Below are positions 30,548-33,801 of a stretch of 33,801 nucleotides of DNA, piece after piece. Below the pieces are notes generated by a model. It was not told where the DNA came from and made no database searches. It saw only the letters and a list, made by a program, of their open reading frames with translations. The stretch's first letter is position 1; each line of letters begins with the position of its first letter. A program made the position numbers and the translations under genes. The DNA comes from a virus. The DNA lies in the IMG/VR virus record IMGVR_UViG_3300029130_000029, positions 1 to 33,801 of that record; one strand, 5' to 3'.

Positions 30548-31295
30548 GCTCTCCCTCCTCCCTCAACATCTGCAGGAACACATTGTCGGTTCCGTCCTGT
30601 GCCAGCTCGTCCTCCCACCTGCGCTGGTTCAGCCATGTCGCAGGGTTTGGTATGTACTGGCCGTTATTCTCCCGCCATTGGCGGCTCTGCTTCTGTGCAT
30701 TCACAGCGGCTATCATGCGGTCAAAGGTCTGCTTGTCCGGCTTGATGCGCTCAAAAGCCTTTTCCGCTGCGCCTTTGCCGACTTTCTTGGGATATTGCGC
30801 CCAAAATTCGGCAAACCGGCCCCCTTGGGGGGCATGGGGGGTACTTGGATTCGGATTCGGATTCGGATTCGGATTCGGATTGGATTCAGGCCGCAGCTCG
30901 CCGCAATCCGCCGCAACTTGCGGCAACTCGCCGCAGATTTCCGCAGACGGTGTAGAGCCGCTGCTTTTGGGCGGGTCGGGATATTTGGGTTTGCATTCTC
31001 GTATCCTTTGATGTTCGGCCCAAGTCGGGAACCAAAAGTAGGGCTTCCCGTCCACCTCGTAGAGGGAAACGCAGCCTTTGGCCGCCAAACCGTGGAGCGC
31101 ATCGTTGATATCTTTTGCAGTAACCCGTTCCCGAAGCGGGAATGCGTTGCCTTTGATGATTGCAGGTCGGGCATCTCCTCGTCCTGCATCGTCTACCGAA
31201 ACAATAAGACTTACCCAAAGCCGAAACTCGAAATCCGTTAAGGATGCTATCTTGTCGCTTGTGCGGAAGCTATCCTTTATCAATCTATTCGGCAT
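30534..31295 (-). CDS. Replication initiation / replisome organizer protein
   Basis: The N-terminal winged-helix-like region and the C-terminal FAEFWAQYPKKVGKGAAEKAF...IPNPATWLNQRRWEDE motif are common in phage replication organizers. They are joined by an (NP)6 linker. Confidence 0.65.
   Translation of the reverse strand: MPNRLIKDSFRTSDKIASLTDFEFRLWVSLIVSVDDAGRGDARPAIIKGNAFPLRERVTAKDINDALHGLAAKGCVSLYEVDGKPYFWFPTWAEHQRIRECKPKYPDPPKSSGSTPSAEICGELPQVAADCGELRPESNPNPNPNPNPNPSTPHAPQGGRFAEFWAQYPKKVGKGAAEKAFERIKPDKQTFDRMIAAVNAQKQSRQWRENNGQYIPNPATWLNQRRWEDELAQDGTDNVFLQMLREEGEHDSI
30846..30884. repeat. Hexanucleotide microsatellite (CGGATT)5 plus degenerate units, encoding (NP)6
   Basis: Plus strand reads tggatt cggatt cggatt cggatt cggatt cggatt gga. 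It is in frame within the replisome organizer gene (ESNPNPNPNPNPNPS). Confidence 0.9.
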
Positions 31296-31311
31296 TCCTC
31301 CTCACCTCCCG

Positions 31312-31707
31312 TCAGAATGGGAGGTCGTTAGGGTCGCCCTCGACTTCTTCAAATCCGCCCTGCTCGCTCTCTGCGGGTTTTTCCTCTGCCTTTCCGGTAG
31401 ATTTGCTGCCACCGAAAAGGGCTTCCTCTGCGATAACCTCGGTGGCGGTGCGCTTATTGCCGTTCTTGTCCTCATAGTTGCGAACTTCGATGCGCCCCAC
31501 AATGGTAATGAGGTCTCCCTTGCCGAACCACTGGTTCACGAATTCGGCGGTCTTGCCCCATGCTACGATGGGTACGAAGTCAGTCTTTTCCCGGTCACGG
31601 TTGCGGTCTACGGCGATGGTAAAGCCGCACACGCTCTTGCCGCTGTTGGTCTGCTTCAGTTCGGGGGCTTTGGTCAGCCGCCCATTAAGGATTGCTTTGT
31701 TCAGCAT
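31312..31707 (-). CDS. ssb: Single-stranded DNA-binding protein
   Basis: Track ORF trimmed to ATG 31707, which follows GGAGG. It has an OB-fold N-terminus (MLNKAILNGRLTKAPELKQTNSGKSVCGFTIAVDR...) and an acidic C-terminal tip DPNDLPF. Confidence 0.9.
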   Translation of the reverse strand: MLNKAILNGRLTKAPELKQTNSGKSVCGFTIAVDRNRDREKTDFVPIVAWGKTAEFVNQWFGKGDLITIVGRIEVRNYEDKNGNKRTATEVIAEEALFGGSKSTGKAEEKPAESEQGGFEEVEGDPNDLPF

Positions 31708-32048
31708 TCTGTTTCCTCCAAATAGTTCGTGTAAAACTCCTCCCGGAACATCGGGATCGTAAAATCGTAGTTGTCGATGCAGGCTTGCTCTCCCAGCCTG
31801 TGCAGCCAGTCCATCACCTCGGCACAGCCGTGTGCGTGTGTCAGGTGGCATGGCGTGTGGCACAGGGACACCCAAAGGCCCATGCGCTTGCTTTTGCTCC
31901 GCATGGCGTTGCCGAAGATTTCGTGCCGGTCGAGCTTTACGCCGGAGCGCTGGCACAAAAAGCACTTAGATGTGTCGGCCTGTACGATGCTCGGAGCGTA
32001 ACCGTTTCGGTCAAGCTCTGCGCCCCATTCGTTTTTCATTTGCCCCAT
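31701..32048 (-). CDS. Cys/His-motif phage protein (HNH-like zinc-binding), function unknown
   Basis: Contains CFLCQRSGVKLDRHEIFGNAMRSKSKRMGLWVSLCHTPCHLTHAH. Confidence 0.55.
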   Translation of the reverse strand: MGQMKNEWGAELDRNGYAPSIVQADTSKCFLCQRSGVKLDRHEIFGNAMRSKSKRMGLWVSLCHTPCHLTHAHGCAEVMDWLHRLGEQACIDNYDFTIPMFREEFYTNYLEETEC

Positions 32049-32572
32049 TCCTCCTTTAGCAAGGCCAGCTCTGCCGGTGTTGCGGTGTCTATGCCTTGTT
32101 CTTTACAATCCTCTACGACAAGGTCAATCAGCCGGGACATTTGTTTCGTATCATAGCAGCTGGAACCGTAGTAGAGGATTACATTGGTGCAGCCGGGCAA
32201 CTTACTCGGGAAAGCGTCCGTCAGCCAGCCGAGGCCATGCTTGCACCATGCTGCCTGCATTGTTTCTGCCGCTTCGGATTTGATACAAACTACATCGCTT
32301 ACACCGATCTCTCGGATATAGTGCCGGTAAATTTCCTCTCTCGGTTTTTCGAGGGCTTCCGATAGTTTCCCAATCAAAAGCCACGCCATGGCATTGGCGT
32401 CAAGGGAGCGCCGGTTCCTTTCCTCTACCAGCTCGGCAGCGTATGTCTTGCCAGTTTCCATGCTGTCCATGAAGCCTTGGGCGGCTGCGGCATCTTTGGT
32501 ATACAGGGTGATTCCGTAACCGTTCCGGTCTCTTGTCCAGTCGGCAGAATCAAACCGGAGCCTTGTTTTCAT
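32036..32572 (-). CDS. Recombination-associated protein, tentatively NinB/Orf-like
   Basis: Track ORF trimmed to ATG 32572, which follows AAAGGAGG. RNRRSLDANAMAWLLIGKLSEAL resembles the RS..QN...W motif of NinB-type proteins. Its position between the SSAP and SSB genes fits. The functional call is weak. Confidence 0.4.
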   Translation of the reverse strand: MKTRLRFDSADWTRDRNGYGITLYTKDAAAAQGFMDSMETGKTYAAELVEERNRRSLDANAMAWLLIGKLSEALEKPREEIYRHYIREIGVSDVVCIKSEAAETMQAAWCKHGLGWLTDAFPSKLPGCTNVILYYGSSCYDTKQMSRLIDLVVEDCKEQGIDTATPAELALLKEEWGK

Positions 32573-33149
32573 TCTTCTCGGCCTCCTTTTCGGCGGCAAA
32601 GGCTTTCTTCTGGCAGTTCGGGCACAGCTTGCGGCCGAACCGCTGGACGCTGTAGGCTGCGATCTCGCTTACCGGCCAATACTCCCCGTTGCGCTTGTTG
32701 ATACCGGTGATCTGCTGCCCGCAGTCGATGCAATACTCGGTAGGCTCCGGTTCTCTTTCTGCGCCCTCCGGTAAGTCCTCGCCAGCGTAGATATACAGGC
32801 CGAGGCCATGACGGGCGCAGGCTTTTGTAAGGGAACGCTGGATTGCCTTATTGGCATCGAATGAGGTAACATCACTGGCCGGGATTGAGCGGTTGCGGTT
32901 ATCCATGACCGGCAGATACTCAATGTGCTCAATGCCGTTGACGGTTACGCCAGTCTTAACCCAGCAGGTCTTACCGTCTGTGTGGTAAAACAGGCCGTTA
33001 GCATCCTCGTAGATGGTATAGGTGGCATCCGGGTGCAGCTTCTTGATTTCTCCCCAGGCCCATGCCCAAGAAAGGTATGTAAGGCCATTCTTCTTCTCTG
33101 TCTTGTCAGAGCAGTTGATGCTGTTCAATTCTCGAAAGTAGTTCTCCAT
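32550..33149 (-). CDS. sak: Sak-type (Rad52-like, DUF1071) single-strand annealing protein with C-terminal zinc ribbon
   Basis: LNSINCSDKTEKKNGLTYLSWAWAWGEIKKLHPD...FDANKAIQRSLTKACARHGLGLYIYAGEDLPEG closely follows the lactococcal phage ul36 Sak pattern. The C-terminus carries CIDCGQ...CPNCQKK. Confidence 0.85.
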   Translation of the reverse strand: MENYFRELNSINCSDKTEKKNGLTYLSWAWAWGEIKKLHPDATYTIYEDANGLFYHTDGKTCWVKTGVTVNGIEHIEYLPVMDNRNRSIPASDVTSFDANKAIQRSLTKACARHGLGLYIYAGEDLPEGAEREPEPTEYCIDCGQQITGINKRNGEYWPVSEIAAYSVQRFGRKLCPNCQKKAFAAEKEAEKNENKAPV

Positions 33150-33158
33150 AGCTCCTCC

Positions 33159-33374
33159 TTAATATCTGTCTGGTTCTTCATCAAAGTACCTGTTAGCATC
33201 CGCATCGCTGGCGTCAAAACGCTTAACACAGTTTTCGCATCCAATGACCATTCCGTCCTTAATGTAAATTGTCTCGTTGATCTCGCAGCCGCACTCCGGG
33301 CAGATGTGCGGCTTATCATCGTAGTTATCCACCCAGCTCGGGATGGGCCTATCCGGGATATCGTATGGGTTCAT
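33159..33374 (-). CDS. Small zinc-ribbon protein (71 aa)
   Basis: Contains CPECGC...CENC. Its ATG overlaps the stop of the repeat-protein gene (ATGA). Confidence 0.6.
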   Translation of the reverse strand: MNPYDIPDRPIPSWVDNYDDKPHICPECGCEINETIYIKDGMVIGCENCVKRFDASDADANRYFDEEPDRY

Positions 33375-33801
33375 GCTTCCACGACCTCCCCATTTTCCAG
33401 TTTGTAAAATACCCCGGGTTTTATGGTCTCACCATCTACCTTTACAGCTCGCACCTCTTTAATGGGGAAAGTATCACCGTTCCAGCCACCCCTATCGGTT
33501 AGGACGAGCCAGCATCCAAGGGCGCCGGATGCATTACTATCAACTCCGGTGACGATTGCAATAGACTCCTTTCCATCAACGGTGGCTGCGCTACGGTAGC
33601 CGGTGTTGGTGGCTGCGCTATAGTCGCCGGTGTTGGTGGCTGCGCTACAGTCGCCGGTGTTGGTGGCTGCGCTATAGTTGCCGGTGTTGGTGGCTGCGCT
33701 ACGGTAGCCGGTGTTGGTGGCTGCGCTATAGTCGCCGGTGTTGGTGGCTGCGCTATAGTTGCCGGTGTTGGTGGCTGCGCTACAGTCGCCGGTGTTGGTG
33801 G
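33371..33801 (-). CDS. C-terminal part of the tandem-repeat early protein (continues from 539..1 across the junction)
   Basis: Open to the window edge, so absent from the ORF track. It is in the same frame as the repeats and ends ...SAATVDGKESIAIVTGVDSNASGALGCWLVLTDRGGWNGDTFPIKEVRAVKVDGETIKPGVFYKLENGEVVEA-TGA (33373-33371). With the 85-nt overlap collapsed, the joined CDS is 885 nt (294 aa), an exact multiple of 3. Confidence 0.75.
   Translation of the reverse strand, partial: TNTGDCSAATNTGNYSAATNTGDYSAATNTGYRSAATNTGNYSAATNTGDCSAATNTGDYSAATNTGYRSAATVDGKESIAIVTGVDSNASGALGCWLVLTDRGGWNGDTFPIKEVRAVKVDGETIKPGVFYKLENGEVVEA
33581..33801. repeat. 27-bp tandem repeat array, end-of-window part (8 units)
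   Basis: Same unit as nt 1-212. The last three units plus 11 nt (33717-33801) equal nt 1-85 exactly. Confidence 0.95.

Larger units (their letters stand above)
1..33801. mobile_element. Complete, circularly permuted temperate siphovirus-like phage genome (about 33716 bp unique if the 85-nt end overlap is collapsed)
   Basis: Full complement of lysogeny, replication, packaging, HK97-type head, long-tail, tail-fibre and lysis genes. nt 33717-33801 are identical to nt 1-85. No host genes at either edge. The integrase and an attP-like site lie in the interior. Confidence 0.85.

Noticed and set aside
30519-31241. Plus-strand ORFs (240 aa and 162 aa) opposite the replisome organizer gene, including an (RI)n / (FG)n repeat translation
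   Set aside because: These are antisense or alternate-frame readings of the hexanucleotide microsatellite and of a GC-rich gene. The minus frame carries the recognisable replication-protein motifs.
31708-31965. The N-terminal 86-aa extension of the SSB track ORF (31312..31965)
   Set aside because: The extension overlaps the upstream gene 31701..32048 in another frame and is Arg/Pro-rich. ATG 31707 follows GGAGG and begins the canonical OB-fold sequence MLNKAILNGRL.
33717-33801. The end duplication considered as physical direct terminal repeats of the virion DNA
   Set aside because: The overlap lies inside a coding tandem array, and collapsing it restores one reading frame. The HNH-TerS-TerL module suggests cos-type ends elsewhere. 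An assembly overlap of a circular or permuted molecule is the simpler explanation.

Overview
The window is a complete, circularly permuted temperate siphovirus-type phage genome with an HK97-fold head and a long non-contractile tail. Strong GGAGG ribosome-binding sites and an amidase-plus-holin lysis module suggest a Gram-positive, probably clostridial, host. The last 85 nt (33717-33801) are identical to nt 1-85. Both ends lie in one 27-bp tandem-repeat array inside a single minus-strand gene, so the window closes on itself (about 33716 bp unique) and no host flank is present.

Layout:
- A plus-strand lysogeny module: XRE repressor 2211-2579, membrane-anchored HTH 2826-3236, membrane protein 3308-3856, tyrosine integrase 3907-4992.
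- An attP-like site: a tRNA 3-prime fragment at 5059-5090 flanked by GTGAGTT arm repeats.
- One long, tightly coupled minus-strand gene series. In transcription order it runs: cro-like early genes (2042 down to 554); the repeat protein across the junction (539..1 joined to 33801..33371); a recombination/replication module (Sak SSAP, SSB, replisome organizer, G39P-like loader, RusA); XF1762-like, Dam and Lar-like genes; a Cys-rich ORFan cluster; a sigma-like late regulator; tRNA-Thr(UGU); a metallophosphoesterase; HNH, TerS, TerL, portal, protease and MCP; head-tail joining genes; tail genes (major tail protein, G/GT chaperone, tape measure, Dit, Tal-like); tail-fibre genes; holin and amidase.

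Most notable observations:
1. Two tandem, sharply AT-rich Kelch-like beta-propeller tail-fibre paralogues. The first is split by a 9-nt G/C homopolymer exactly where its N-terminus should continue. This could be a phase-variation or frameshift switch, or a sequencing error.
2. The junction-spanning early gene, which carries perfectly conserved 27-bp repeats that vary only in two codons per unit.
3. A promoter-distal tRNA plus intrinsic terminator immediately upstream of the late operon.
4. Membrane-protein accessory genes at the usual superinfection-exclusion position.

All family names come from motif recognition and memory; no database searches were possible.
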